Of a stretch of 64,000 bases of DNA, positions 43,909 to 53,962 are shown piece after piece. Numbering within the stretch: the first letter of the stretch is position 1; each line of letters begins with the position of its first letter. The translations under genes and the position numbers were made by a program. The stretch is taken from contig OY729428.2 of the NCBI GenBank assembly GCA_963422375.2, forward strand, positions 1,216,001-1,280,000. Direction: 5' to 3'. The notes under the pieces were generated by a model. It was not told where the DNA came from. It ran no database searches and was given only the letters and a program-made list of their open reading frames with translations. The DNA comes from Bryobacterales bacterium. GTDB lineage: Bacteria; Acidobacteriota; Terriglobia; Bryobacterales; UBA6623.

Positions 43909-44607
43909 GACCGCGCCGATCAGGGCCTCGGCCTTCTCCTTGGTCGTCGCTCCCGCCCGCAGCGACTCGGCGATCAAACCGGCCGGCATCACGCCGTGGA
44001 GCCCGTCGCTGCAAAGGAGGAGGATGTCCCCGGGCGAGAAATCCGCCACGACCGTGGCGGCCCGAACCTCGCTGTCCGCGCCCACGGCCTTCGTCAGCAG
44101 GTGACGGTAGGGATGGGACGCGAATTTCTCGTCGCTCACGCCCGTTGCCCTCGCGACCTGACGGACCCAAGTGTCGTCCTCGGTCAGGCATTCGAGGCTG
44201 CCGCGGGCGAGCTTGTAGGCCCGGCTGTCCCCGACGCTCGCGACATGGACCCTCCCCGACCGGACGACCGCCGCCGTGACAGTGGTGCCCATGCCTCTCA
44301 GGGCCGGGTTGTTCTCGGCCTCCCGCCGGACGCGACGGTTCGCCAGCTCCACAGCCTGCACGAGTGTCTCGACGGTCAGGGAGGCAGCCGCCTCGCGGGC
44401 CTCCTCTACCAGCGTTCGCACCGTGACTGCGGACGCCCTCTCCCCGCCAAGCGCGCCGCCCATGCCGTCGGCAACCACGAAGAAGCCTAGCTCGGGCACG
44501 GCATCGAATGCGTCTTCGTTATTCGACCGGACGCTCCCGACATGGGACAGCCCCCACGAATCCAGCAGCGGCGCGGGGTTTAGGCTACCGGGCGCGTCAC
44601 AAGTCAT
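43837..44607 (-). CDS. PP2C-family Ser/Thr protein phosphatase
   Basis: RSNNED, VADGMGG, GMGTT, VGDSR, CSDGL, DNVT. Confidence 0.9.
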   Translation of the reverse strand: MTCDAPGSLNPAPLLDSWGLSHVGSVRSNNEDAFDAVPELGFFVVADGMGGALGGERASAVTVRTLVEEAREAAASLTVETLVQAVELANRRVRREAENNPALRGMGTTVTAAVVRSGRVHVASVGDSRAYKLARGSLECLTEDDTWVRQVARATGVSDEKFASHPYRHLLTKAVGADSEVRAATVVADFSPGDILLLCSDGLHGVMPAGLIAESLRAGATTKEKAEALIGAVLERGAPDNVTAVVVRHSAAGGKG

Positions 44608-44615
44608 CGAAGACC

Positions 44616-45305
44616 CTAGCGATTCCTAGCAGCACGCCGTCCAGTGCCAGCGTTGGGCGCAGTCGCGAGCCGGCTCGGCGCCCGCAAGATGTTGACCGCG
44701 GCCTTGGCGGCGGCAGAGCTTCCATCGGCGATCGCCGGCAGCGAAGGCAACCCAGCGCCTGCAAGCCCGCGACGCACAGCGAGGAGCCACTCCGGCTTGC
44801 TGCCTGCCGGCGCCTCGAGAACCGGCGTTTCGTGCGTCCCGACTAGACGTGTCGTCATGTGGCGGACCCCGTGCCGCTGGCGCGCGTCGCGCTTGCGACG
44901 GGCCTTGGCGAGCGCCGGCACGCACATCCGACGCTGCCAGGTCCTCGGCGGCCCCAGGCACTCGGCCGTGCGAGCACGCGAGCGGGGCTTGTTGCAGCGC
45001 GGACAACCCAGATGCCCTCCACTCCTGAACCTGCGGAAGAACGCCTTGTCCGCATGCAGGAGCCTAGATTCGACACCCTTGCTCCGAACGCCCCCCAGCT
45101 TGTCCGGTGCGGACTTGCGCAGCGCCGGCATCCTGCGGCAATGGTTGCAACAGCGGACGGCCTCCTTGCGCTCGTTCCAAGCCGTCTTGCGCTCGTCCGA
45201 CGCCATGTTGTCGAGCCGGCTCAACCACCCCAGCACCCTGTCGATGCCAGCGCAACCCGAATTCCGGTAGCATCCGCGCTCTTGATAGGTGACTACGGCT
45301 GTCAC
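44616..45305 (-). mobile_element. Degenerate IS200/IS605-family TnpB relic
   Basis: N-terminal ...LDNMASDERKTAW...DKAFFRRFRSGGHLGCPR resembles TnpB YN.AL.ER..AW / AF..FFRR...G.PRFK; C-terminal AAVNIL resembles the RuvC-III NAA.NIL motif. The middle (RuvC-I/II, zinc finger) is missing. Confidence 0.6.
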
Positions 45306-45384
45306 AGTTGCATTCCGAATCAGCGAAGTCCAGCTGTCAAGCGGGGGTTGGAATTCTGCGCACTGATTCGTGACCGCCTACACA

Positions 45385-46356
45385 TCAGAGGGGCGGCGAC
45401 GGCCCCGGCGGGACCGCGGGACCGCGCGAGACGTCGACGACCACCGCAGGCGTGCTGCCGACCCGCACGGCCGTACCCGGAGCCGCGGCCTCGCGGCGGA
45501 CCATGGCGAAGCCGCGCGCGCGGCCGCCGGAGAGCGAGCCCGGCACCGGCGACGTCAGCGTGCCGACCGGCTTACCTCCGCAATACACGGCTAGGTCAGC
45601 GGGAGCGTCCTCGGAGGCCAGCTCCAAGCCTACGAGGAGCCGCCGGACGCGGCCCTGCGAGCGCACGCGCTCCACGATCTCCTGGCCGGTGTAGCAGCCC
45701 TTGGCGAACGACACGGCATGAAGCTGCTGGGTCTCGTGCGGGATGTGCGCCGGGCCGAAGTCCGCCCCGAATCGCGGGACGCCGGCCGTCACGCGGAGGG
45801 CCTCGCATTCCTCCTCGCTAGCCTGCCCGGCCCCGCTCGCCCCGGCCTCCGCAACCAAGCGCGGCAGGGCGGAGCGAGGCGCCTCGATCCAGTACCCGTC
45901 GACCCGCCCCAGCGGCGCGCGGAAAAGGCGCGTTCCGCCCTTTCGAGCGAAGGCCAGCGGGTCGTCCGGAGCGAACCCGTAGAGCCGGGTCACCGCGGCG
46001 CGCGACGCCGGGCCGACGATCGCCAGGAGACAGGTGGAGGGGGTGACATCCTCCAACACCACATCGTCCATGATGATGTAGCTCTCGATGTGCTCCCGGA
46101 GCGGCGCGCGGGCCTCGGGCTCGCAGTCGATCAGTATGCTGTCGGTGTCGACGAACACGCGGCTGTCGGACTGAATCCGGCCTTGGGCGTCTAGGAAGAA
46201 GGAGTAGACGCCGCGGCCGACGGGGAGCGCATCTACCGCGTTGCTGCAAATCGCGTGGATCAGCCGCACCCGATCCTCGCCAGTCGCTACAAGCCTGCCG
46301 CGCGAGGACAGATCCCGCCAAGCGGCACCATGCGGCAATGCGTCGCGACCGATCAC
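45385..46356 (-). CDS. YgfZ/GcvT-like folate-binding protein
   Basis: KGCYTGQE signature; GEDRVRLIH, FLDAQGRI. Confidence 0.9.
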   Translation of the reverse strand: MIGRDALPHGAAWRDLSSRGRLVATGEDRVRLIHAICSNAVDALPVGRGVYSFFLDAQGRIQSDSRVFVDTDSILIDCEPEARAPLREHIESYIIMDDVVLEDVTPSTCLLAIVGPASRAAVTRLYGFAPDDPLAFARKGGTRLFRAPLGRVDGYWIEAPRSALPRLVAEAGASGAGQASEEECEALRVTAGVPRFGADFGPAHIPHETQQLHAVSFAKGCYTGQEIVERVRSQGRVRRLLVGLELASEDAPADLAVYCGGKPVGTLTSPVPGSLSGGRARGFAMVRREAAAPGTAVRVGSTPAVVVDVSRGPAVPPGPSPPL

Positions 46357-46381
46357 CGCACGAATTGCTAGGATACCAGCG

Positions 46382-47014
46382 ATGATTCACGAGATCCTGC
46401 CGGTCGGGTCGCTGCGCTGCAACTGCTCTATCTTCGGCGACGAGGCGACGCGGGAAGCGCTGGTCATCGACCCCGGAGACGAGATCGAGCGCATCGAGGC
46501 AGTCCTTTCGCAGCACGGCCTGACCGTCAAGGCGATCGTGATCACGCATGCCCATGTCGACCACATCGGCGGGGCCGGGAAGCTGCGAGCGCGCACCGGG
46601 GCGCCGGTCTACATGAACGAGGCCGACCTGGTGCAGGTGGACCATCTCGAGCGGCAGGCCGCCTGGCTCGGAATGCCACGGCCCGAGGGCATCGAGATCG
46701 ACTCGGGACTGCGGGACGGGGACTCGCTCGATCTCGCGGGCAACGCGTTCGACGTGCTGCACACGCCCGGGCACACCCAAGGCAGCGTCAGCCTGCTGAT
46801 CCGGTCGGAGAACAAGCTGGTGGCAGGGGACACGCTCTTCAGGGATTCGATCGGCAGGACCGACCTCCCCGGCGGCGACCATCGCCAGATCCTGAGCTCG
46901 ATCAAGACCAAGCTCCTAACTCTCGACGACGACGTCGAGGTGACTTGCGGGCACGGGCACGGCACCACGATCGGCCGGGAGCGCGCTGTGAACGTGTTCC
47001 TGCGCGGCTTGTAG
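46382..47014 (+). CDS. MBL-fold metallo-hydrolase (glyoxalase II-like)
   Basis: THAHVDHIGG, HTPGHT, GDTLF, GRTDLPGGD, GHG. Confidence 0.92.
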   Translation: MIHEILPVGSLRCNCSIFGDEATREALVIDPGDEIERIEAVLSQHGLTVKAIVITHAHVDHIGGAGKLRARTGAPVYMNEADLVQVDHLERQAAWLGMPRPEGIEIDSGLRDGDSLDLAGNAFDVLHTPGHTQGSVSLLIRSENKLVAGDTLFRDSIGRTDLPGGDHRQILSSIKTKLLTLDDDVEVTCGHGHGTTIGRERAVNVFLRGL

Positions 47015-47404
47015 GCCGGTCGACTCGCGAACCGATCAGAGCGAGGCCATGCGGATTCGGGGCTGAATCCGGGCAACTGATTGCTACGACCGGCGCGGCG
47101 CGCGAAACCAGCGCGACCCGGCCGATACAAGCCCGCAGGCGGACCTCCGGCCCTCGACCCCTCGCAGGCGCTGGACGGGAATCAGGCAGGTCACCGACGG
47201 GGGAGGCATGTCGCATCGGAGAGCGGCTGATCACTTGGTCCCGAGATCAGTCGGAGCGGGCCGCTGGCTCGCAGGCTTTCACGAACGCGCGGGCAGCGGC
47301 GTCGGGTGCTGCGATTCCGCTACTGCGAGGACATCGGGCGCAACCCGCGGGGCTACGTTGGAGGCCCGCACTGCGATCCTCACGGATGCCGCCGCGACGG
47401 CTGC

Positions 47405-47650
47405 CTAGAGTCCGAGCAGCGCTCCAAGCGTCCACTGCATGAACCGAAACTGGGATTGCGTCTTCGTAACCTGCTTGCGGGTCTCGGCAAGCTGCCGGTC
47501 GGTCGAGGTCTTCGAGTCGGCCATAATCTTGTCGGGCCTAGCCTTGGACTCGGCGATCTGCATGTCCGTCTCGGCCTTGGACTCGGCGATGAATCTTGTC
47601 CGCCGCGGCCATAGACCTCGGCCAGCGCCTTGTAGAATGCGGCCTCGGAC
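47405..47650 (-). pseudogene. Frameshifted remnant of an 11-residue-repeat coiled-coil membrane protein
   Basis: 17-bp direct repeat GCCTTGGACTCGGCGAT at 47541 and 47574 (33-nt period); reads IAESKAETDMQIAESKARPDKIMADSK...QWTLGALLGL*. Confidence 0.35.
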
Positions 47651-48018
47651 CCCGCGATCACTCGGCGATAGGCGGCCCTAGCCCCCGCCCGCAAGGGACT
47701 TCCCGAACTGTGCGTCCGTCTGCGCGTAGATCGTCTCGAGGTTTGCGCGCTCCGCCGGGCCCCCCCGCAATGACATGCTGGCCGGACATTCCTCTGACCC
47801 CTTCAATGGAATCGTCCGCCTCGTCGAGCAGGACCTCCGCTGACGACGGCACCTCGATCAGAGGCTGGGCCACGGGGCCGACCGCGATTGCGCTTGGATC
47901 GCTTTCGGTCACTACGATGCCTCCTGCCTGTGCTTGATGCCTGCGACCGCTCCGAGCCGGACCCGCAACCCCAGCAGCCTTCGCGGGCGAATCGAGGCGG
48001 ACGATAAAATCGTCCCTG

Positions 48019-48576
48019 ATGCGGAAGAGAATCCTGCTCGTCACCGGCGACTCGGGCGAGAGCTACGAGACGCTCTACGCCATGCACCGTTTCCGCGAGG
48101 CGGGCTGCGAGGCCGTTGTCTCGGCGCCGGCGGCCCGGCGGCTGCACCTGGTCATGCACGATTTCGAGCCGGGCTGGGACACCTACATCGAACGCCAGGG
48201 CTACGGCGTCGAGGCGGACATTTCATTCGACAGCGTTGATGTCCGGGACTACGACGCTGTGCTGCTGCTCGGGGGCCGGGCACCGGAATTCCTGCGTCAC
48301 ATCCCCAGAGTGATCGAGATCGCAAGGGAGTTCGCAAGCTCGGGAAAGCCCGTGTTCTCGATCTGCCACGGCATCCAGATCCTCGTCGCCGCGGGTCTCG
48401 TCGCGGCGCGCAGGGTGACCTGCTACATGCATGTTCGCTCCGAGGCCGAGCGGGCAGGCGCCGTCTACTGCGAGGACGAAGCGGTGCGTGACGGAAATAT
48501 AGTCACCGCGCAGACGTGGGAGTCGCACCCGGAGTTCTACCGCAAGGTCTTCGAATGCCTCGAGGAAGCAGCGTAG
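48019..48576 (+). CDS. DJ-1/PfpI family protein
   Basis: GDSGESYE, GGRAPEFLR, SICHG, DGNIVTA. Confidence 0.9.
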   Translation: MRKRILLVTGDSGESYETLYAMHRFREAGCEAVVSAPAARRLHLVMHDFEPGWDTYIERQGYGVEADISFDSVDVRDYDAVLLLGGRAPEFLRHIPRVIEIAREFASSGKPVFSICHGIQILVAAGLVAARRVTCYMHVRSEAERAGAVYCEDEAVRDGNIVTAQTWESHPEFYRKVFECLEEAA

Positions 48577-48594
48577 GCCTGGCGGCGCCGCGCA

Positions 48595-50793
48595 TCAATC
48601 CGAGCCGGGCTCGACGATCTCGAAGCCGCGGTAGATCACCGCGCGCTCGTCGGCGGAGCCCGGCAGCATGGCAGCGACCGTGTAGCTCCCCGCCGGCAGC
48701 TCGGCCGTGGCTAGGGCCGCGAGGTATCTGATCCGTTTCGACTCGGGCTCCGGCAGGGTCTGGTGGCCCGTGACCGGCAGCGGGGCGACGCGCTCCCTCC
48801 CGCGGTACAGGGCTATTCTGGGCGCCGGCGGACTCGCATGCGCCGGGGCTCCCGCGTCGTAGACGTCGTAGAGCGCGTAGATCGGATCCCCGCGCCTGAA
48901 CTTCTTGACCGCGGAGGCGAAGAACCGGCTGCCGTCCGCCAAGAGCACGTCCTCGTGCGGATCGCGCCCGCGCTCGCGGCCCTTCGAGCGCTCCGCGCCC
49001 CGGCCTACGTCGTCGACCCGGCTGGTCAGCAGAAGGGAGCTCGTGCCCGGCCGGTTGCGGAATCCAGGAACGCGGACCTGAGCCCCGTAGCTCCCCATCA
49101 GGCCGGTCAGGTCGTCGCGCACCACGACCTTCCACTCGTACTCGCCCGGGGAGAGCACCATCTGGGAGCCGTAGTGCAGCCACGAATTCGGGTCGTCGCT
49201 GAGACGCCGCAACGCATCGTCCGCGACCGTGATCTCGAAGCGCCTGTCGTCCGTGACCGGCGGCGCGTGGCGATCCCCGGAGCCTTCGCTGGGAACAGCC
49301 TGCGCGACGATCGTGAGGCCGAACTTCTCGCCCCTTCTTGAGGCGCTGTGCGGAATGTCCCGGACATGCAGCCCGACGCTGTAGACCAGCGTGGGCAGGC
49401 CGCGCGAATTCCGGAAGAACTCGTGGTCCACCATGATCGGGAGGTCGGCGTACGGCGTGTCGAAGACGAGCGCCTGGTGCAGGCGCAGGTTCCGCTCCGC
49501 GCGCGAAGTGTCCTCGAACGGGCGCTCCTCGTAGTACCCCCGCTGATGGCTGATTCTCAGCCCCTTGCGCTCGACCCGGACGCGAATGCGGCGCAGGCGC
49601 CCGCGCTGCTCGGTCTCGCGCGGATAGTACCCGAGGAGGTAGTAATCCGACGTCCGGCGCAGCATCACGTCGAAGACCTCTCCGAAGTCGTTGGAGTTGA
49701 GCACGGCGCGCCCGCCGGTCCGCCGCGCCAGCTCGAACAGGCCGTCCTGGCCCTCCTGGCGGTCTTGATTGGCCGTCCTGAATCCGTCGATCGGGTCGAC
49801 ACCGAAATCCCCGGACAACGCGCTCGGGCTGCCCCCGCTCTCGGCGTCTCCGCCAGGCGAGGAGGCTGCCAGCCCCGCGACGTCCGAGACGAAGAATCGC
49901 ACCCGCGCCTTGGTGGCTTCGTCCTCGAGAACCTTCATGATGTCGAGGTTGTCCTCGTCCGTTCGCAGGCCGGTCGAGAACAGAACCACGACCTTGCGGC
50001 CGGGGTAGATGCTCAGGGCCCGGATCAGGTCGATGTACTCGTACATCCGGAGGCGCCGGTAGAACGCCGCGCGGTCGGCCAGCGATTCGACCTCGGTGTT
50101 GAATTCCTGATTGGTCTCGTCGATCAGGCTCTGGAAGGTGTCGCTGTATTCGATGTCTCGCGACAGGTCCGCGGCGAGCACGTCGACCAAGGAGCCGGGC
50201 TGCCCCGCCCCGCGGGTGAGCATCGCGTCCAGATGCCGGTACAGGTCCGAGCGGCGCGAAGTGAAGGGCGTGCCCTCGAGGGAGACGAACACGCCCGGCG
50301 CCAGTCTCTCGTCGATGAACGCCTTCACCGCGTCGTAGACGCGCTTGCTGTCCTGGCGGCGACCGCGGGTCGCGATGTAGACGAACGTGCTGCGCCGCAG
50401 CGAGTCGGCGGCTGCGGACGCCGCATCAAATCCCGCTGCGTTCCCCGGCCGGGCCGGCTCCGGGGGCGCGGGCTGCGATATGGGCGCGGGCTGGGGGACG
50501 AACTCTAAGGTCGCGATTCTCTGCTGCTGGCCGTTCTCGAGGAGGCGGAAGTCATCTCTCGAGAGGTCCGTCACCGCCTGGCCGTCACGGTCGGTGACGC
50601 GAACCTCCACCTCCATCAACGCAGTTTCCGCTTCGAAGACAGGCGGGGCCTGCGCCGACATGGGCAGACAGGCGGGGAGCAGCGCGAGAGCGGCCCCAGC
50701 TAGCAGGGGAACCGAGCGGAGATTCGTCGAGAGCACCCTCGGATCTCCAGCCATGCGCGTATCGATCGCGGGCGGCTCGGCCGCTTCCGCCAC
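48595..50793 (-). CDS. VWA-domain protein (Acidobacteria-type VWFA-related)
   Basis: Signal peptide, VEVRVTDRDG..VTDL..DDFRLLENG, GRKVVVLFSTG, LARRTGG, YYLLGYYP; start uncertain. Confidence 0.85.
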   Translation of the reverse strand: MAEAAEPPAIDTRMAGDPRVLSTNLRSVPLLAGAALALLPACLPMSAQAPPVFEAETALMEVEVRVTDRDGQAVTDLSRDDFRLLENGQQQRIATLEFVPQPAPISQPAPPEPARPGNAAGFDAASAAADSLRRSTFVYIATRGRRQDSKRVYDAVKAFIDERLAPGVFVSLEGTPFTSRRSDLYRHLDAMLTRGAGQPGSLVDVLAADLSRDIEYSDTFQSLIDETNQEFNTEVESLADRAAFYRRLRMYEYIDLIRALSIYPGRKVVVLFSTGLRTDEDNLDIMKVLEDEATKARVRFFVSDVAGLAASSPGGDAESGGSPSALSGDFGVDPIDGFRTANQDRQEGQDGLFELARRTGGRAVLNSNDFGEVFDVMLRRTSDYYLLGYYPRETEQRGRLRRIRVRVERKGLRISHQRGYYEERPFEDTSRAERNLRLHQALVFDTPYADLPIMVDHEFFRNSRGLPTLVYSVGLHVRDIPHSASRRGEKFGLTIVAQAVPSEGSGDRHAPPVTDDRRFEITVADDALRRLSDDPNSWLHYGSQMVLSPGEYEWKVVVRDDLTGLMGSYGAQVRVPGFRNRPGTSSLLLTSRVDDVGRGAERSKGRERGRDPHEDVLLADGSRFFASAVKKFRRGDPIYALYDVYDAGAPAHASPPAPRIALYRGRERVAPLPVTGHQTLPEPESKRIRYLAALATAELPAGSYTVAAMLPGSADERAVIYRGFEIVEPGSD

Positions 50794-50906
50794 CCGCGGG
50801 GCACGTCTCGCGCCTGCCCGGTCGACCGCCCCCGCGATCCCCTTTCTAGCTTAATGCACTCCCCTCCCGAAAAAGGGCCGGCGAGGCGCGGCAGTTCCAG
50901 TCCGCA

Positions 50907-51130
50907 TCAGAACCGGCGCGGCCACCGGGACAGGCGCGACCGGAAGGATGCGCCGAATCGGCGGAAGATGATGCTATGCACGACCGCCCCTTCCCAGAGC
51001 AGTGCTTGGGCGACGAGCGCGGTTTCCTTCACGTGCCGTTCCCTGCCCAAGCCCAGGCCGGGGGGCTCGTGGGCCCTCGAGCGCTCGAAGGCCCGAATTA
51101 ACCGCAAGACCGAGTCGGGTGACGGCGCGC
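50907..51130 (-). pseudogene. Possible C-terminal remnant of an ARPP-1/DUF6569-like protein
   Basis: GLGLGRERHV...LVAQALLWEGAVVHSIIF resembles that family's C-terminus; short fragment recognised from memory. Confidence 0.3.
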
Positions 51131-51214
51131 CCTCTTCCCGAGGGCGGGACGCTCCTGCGGGCGGCGAACGACACCGGTTGCGCGCTCCACCTAGCCCGCA
51201 TTCGTGAATAATGC

Positions 51215-52827
51215 GGGCTAGGGAGCCTCGACTTCCTGCACAAAGCACCCAGCCGCAGTGCTGCGCAGTTCCTGCCCCTGTTCATCGAGGAGGGCATCGA
51301 CCCAGGCCGAGTCACGGGCAAGGGCGAGCGCGCCTACGACGCCTACATGCCGAGCGAGTGCGACCTAGTGATCGCCAACCCGCCCTACACCCGCGCGGGC
51401 GGCCCGGGCACCGCCGAGAACACGGACTGGAACCCGATCTTCGGCTCGGCCTGTCGAAGGCGGACGCCAAGACCATGAAGGGCGCCTTGCGCCGTACATT
51501 GGACGGAACGCCCGCTAGCCTTTACGCGAGCCTGGGCTAGGCGTTCGCCGTCTTGGCCTGCGAACGCGTCAAAGCAGGGGGGCGCGTGGCCTTGGTTCTG
51601 CCTGCAACCGCCCTGACGGGCAGCCGCTGGGCCCGGTGCGCACGCTGCTGCTGGAGCGCTTCGACGTCGAGTGGGTCGTGGCCAGCCACGACAGCCGCAA
51701 CCGCCACGCCCGGAACGGACTGCCCGGACGGCGCTTCGTCACGTTCTCGGAATCGACGCGCATCGCCGAGACGCTGGTTGTGGCAACCAAGAGGGCCGGA
51801 GGGGCCCCGAAAGGGGCCGGATGGACGCGCTTCGTCAATCTCCGGCGGAATCCGGACAAGCCCATGGACGCCATGGTGATCACCCGGGCGCTTCTGGCGG
51901 AGGCCAGAGAGGGCGGAGACAAGGCCTCCGGGGTGGCGTTCGGAGACGTTCTATGGGGCGAATTGCTCCCGGTCAGGCAATGCGACCTGGAAGGGAGCCC
52001 TTGGATTTACGGAGCCTTTTGCCAGGGAAATCTCGTCAGGGTCGCGACGCGCCTCGCCAGCGAAGGTGTAGCGAAGGTGTATGGCGCATCGCGGAATGCG
52101 AAATCCGCATCCCGATCGCCCCGCCGGCCTCCTCGTGCGAACTAGGGCCGTACGAGATGCAGATCAAGAACCCCACCCAAGGGCTGTTCGATATCGTGGA
52201 CACCGACGATCCCTCTTGTACCGGCCACCCCGCTCTTCTGTGGCATCACGGCCACAAACGCATCGTGTCGCTCGCGGCTAAGGCCAACGCGAGACTTCGC
52301 GAGCGGCCCGGAATCGATCCGACCGCTCAGTCCGCAATGCTGGCGAAAGCGGGAAGATTGCAGCTTGCCCGCGAACTCGGCCATGCGCCTCAGCGCTTGG
52401 CAGCCGTGCTCACCGACGAAGCAATGCTCGGCGTGCGGTCGTGGATCACGCTCCGGCCCAAGCGGCCGGCTCCCGGCAAGGAGGAAGCCTTGTGCCTCTG
52501 GCTGAACAGCACGCCGGGCCTACTGCTGCGCATCCTCCGCTCGAATCGCCCCTATCTCGGGCGAAGCACCTTGCCGCAGGAAGTCGCTCGAGGGTTGCCC
52601 GTCATCGATGTCGACGCCTTGGCCTCGGCTCGGCTCGGGCGCACACCCTGTTCGACGATCTCATGCGCAAGCCGCTCCAAGGCTTCGCGGGGCTGGCGGA
52701 AGATCCCGTCCGCCGAGAGCTGGACCGAAGGCTGTTCGAGGAGGGCCTCGACTGCCGCGTGGGCAGCGAGATCGACCGGCTCGCCCAAGCATTGAATCGC
52801 GAACCGACGATCACGACCAGACACTGA
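51215..52827 (+). pseudogene. C-terminal part of a Type IIG-like R-M enzyme (N6-adenine MTase plus specificity region), frameshifted
   Basis: RLGSLDFL...CDLVIANPPYTRAGGPG, GGRVALVLP, FSESTRIAETLVVA, LCLWLNSTPGLL across several frames; TAG at 51538. Confidence 0.7.
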
Positions 52828-53046
52828 CCGCCGGCATCCGAGAGACGCGCTAGGCAGCGGCCCATCGCGCCGACCCGATTCGGACTCTCCGTTGCGGGAC
52901 CTCCCCGCGCTGACCTTACCGCCCTGCAAGAGTCCGGCGAGGCAATTCCCGGGATTTCCGGCCGAGCCCAAGCGGGCCCGCGCGGCGACCGATTGCCTGC
53001 GGTTTCCGCGCGCCAGCCCGCTATCCGCTCCGGGGTCGGACCGACA

Positions 53047-53880
53047 TCAGGTCGAATTGTCGCTTCGGCGCAGGCGGATTTCGATGCGCCGACGCCCGGG
53101 CAAGTCCCCCGAGGTCGAGCCGTCTGAGATCGTACCGTTTCGCAGAACAATCTGCGCGCCCGAGAGAGGGATCAGACGGAATTCCCTCAACGCCTGCGAT
53201 TCGGAAAGGATCTGCGCGACCGCAGCCGCGCGCGCAAACCCGAGCCCGGCGTTGTCGGCCGCGACGAGCGCTGCATCTGGGTCCCCGTTAAGGAACGGAA
53301 GCAGCTCCTCGTCCAAGGTGCTCGCGGAAAATACGGGGCGCTCATCGGTGTGGCCGACGATCTCAACGGTGTACGTTCCGAAGCGAGCGCCGATCTTGAC
53401 AATCTCGGGAACGACCTGCGCATGGAGCAAATTCTCGAAATCCAACCTGACCTCGCTCGAATTCGTCTCGAAGGAGTACCCGTCGGCTTCGTCGAGACGA
53501 ATGATCGGCGGCCACTGGTGACCGTCGGGAGGATCTTCGCCACCCAGCGCGTCCTCGATCTGGTCTTCCAAGCCCTCGATCACCCGGTCCTGGTCCGATA
53601 CCTTGGCAAGCGCCGAGTCGAGCTGCCGTTGCAGGCTCGCCATGTCTTGCGGCGTGGGGTTCGGCTTGACGGGCGATTGCGATTCCGGCGGGGTCTCGTC
53701 TTCCGGGGGCGGTGCCGCCTGGGACGGCATGACGCTGCTGACATAGGCCAAGAGGAGGAGCAAGATCAGGAAGGTCACGACCAGCATGATCTCGAGGGCG
53801 CTGGCACCGAACGCCTGGGCGTTGCGCTGGACCCTCTTCACCGTGACTGCGTAGGAGCTGGGATGCCTGTCGAAGCCCAT
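53047..53880 (-). CDS. MotB/ZorB-like protein: single TM, linker, OmpA-like peptidoglycan-binding domain
   Basis: TM ALEIMLVVTFLILLLLAYV with an intramembrane Glu; FETNSSEV, EIVGHTD, NAGLGFARAAAV, RRRIEIRL; GGAGG SD. Confidence 0.85.
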   Translation of the reverse strand: MGFDRHPSSYAVTVKRVQRNAQAFGASALEIMLVVTFLILLLLLAYVSSVMPSQAAPPPEDETPPESQSPVKPNPTPQDMASLQRQLDSALAKVSDQDRVIEGLEDQIEDALGGEDPPDGHQWPPIIRLDEADGYSFETNSSEVRLDFENLLHAQVVPEIVKIGARFGTYTVEIVGHTDERPVFSASTLDEELLPFLNGDPDAALVAADNAGLGFARAAAVAQILSESQALREFRLIPLSGAQIVLRNGTISDGSTSGDLPGRRRIEIRLRRSDNST

Positions 53881-53962
53881 GGCGGCCTATTCCTCCCGAT
53901 TCAGTCGCCGCGCTCGGAGGCCCGGCACGGCCGATTCCTGTCCGCCGAGACCGGCTGAGCCA

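Noticed and set aside
47541..47590. 17-bp direct repeat as a CRISPR or att site
   Set aside because: Only two copies with a 33-nt period, explained by an 11-residue protein repeat.
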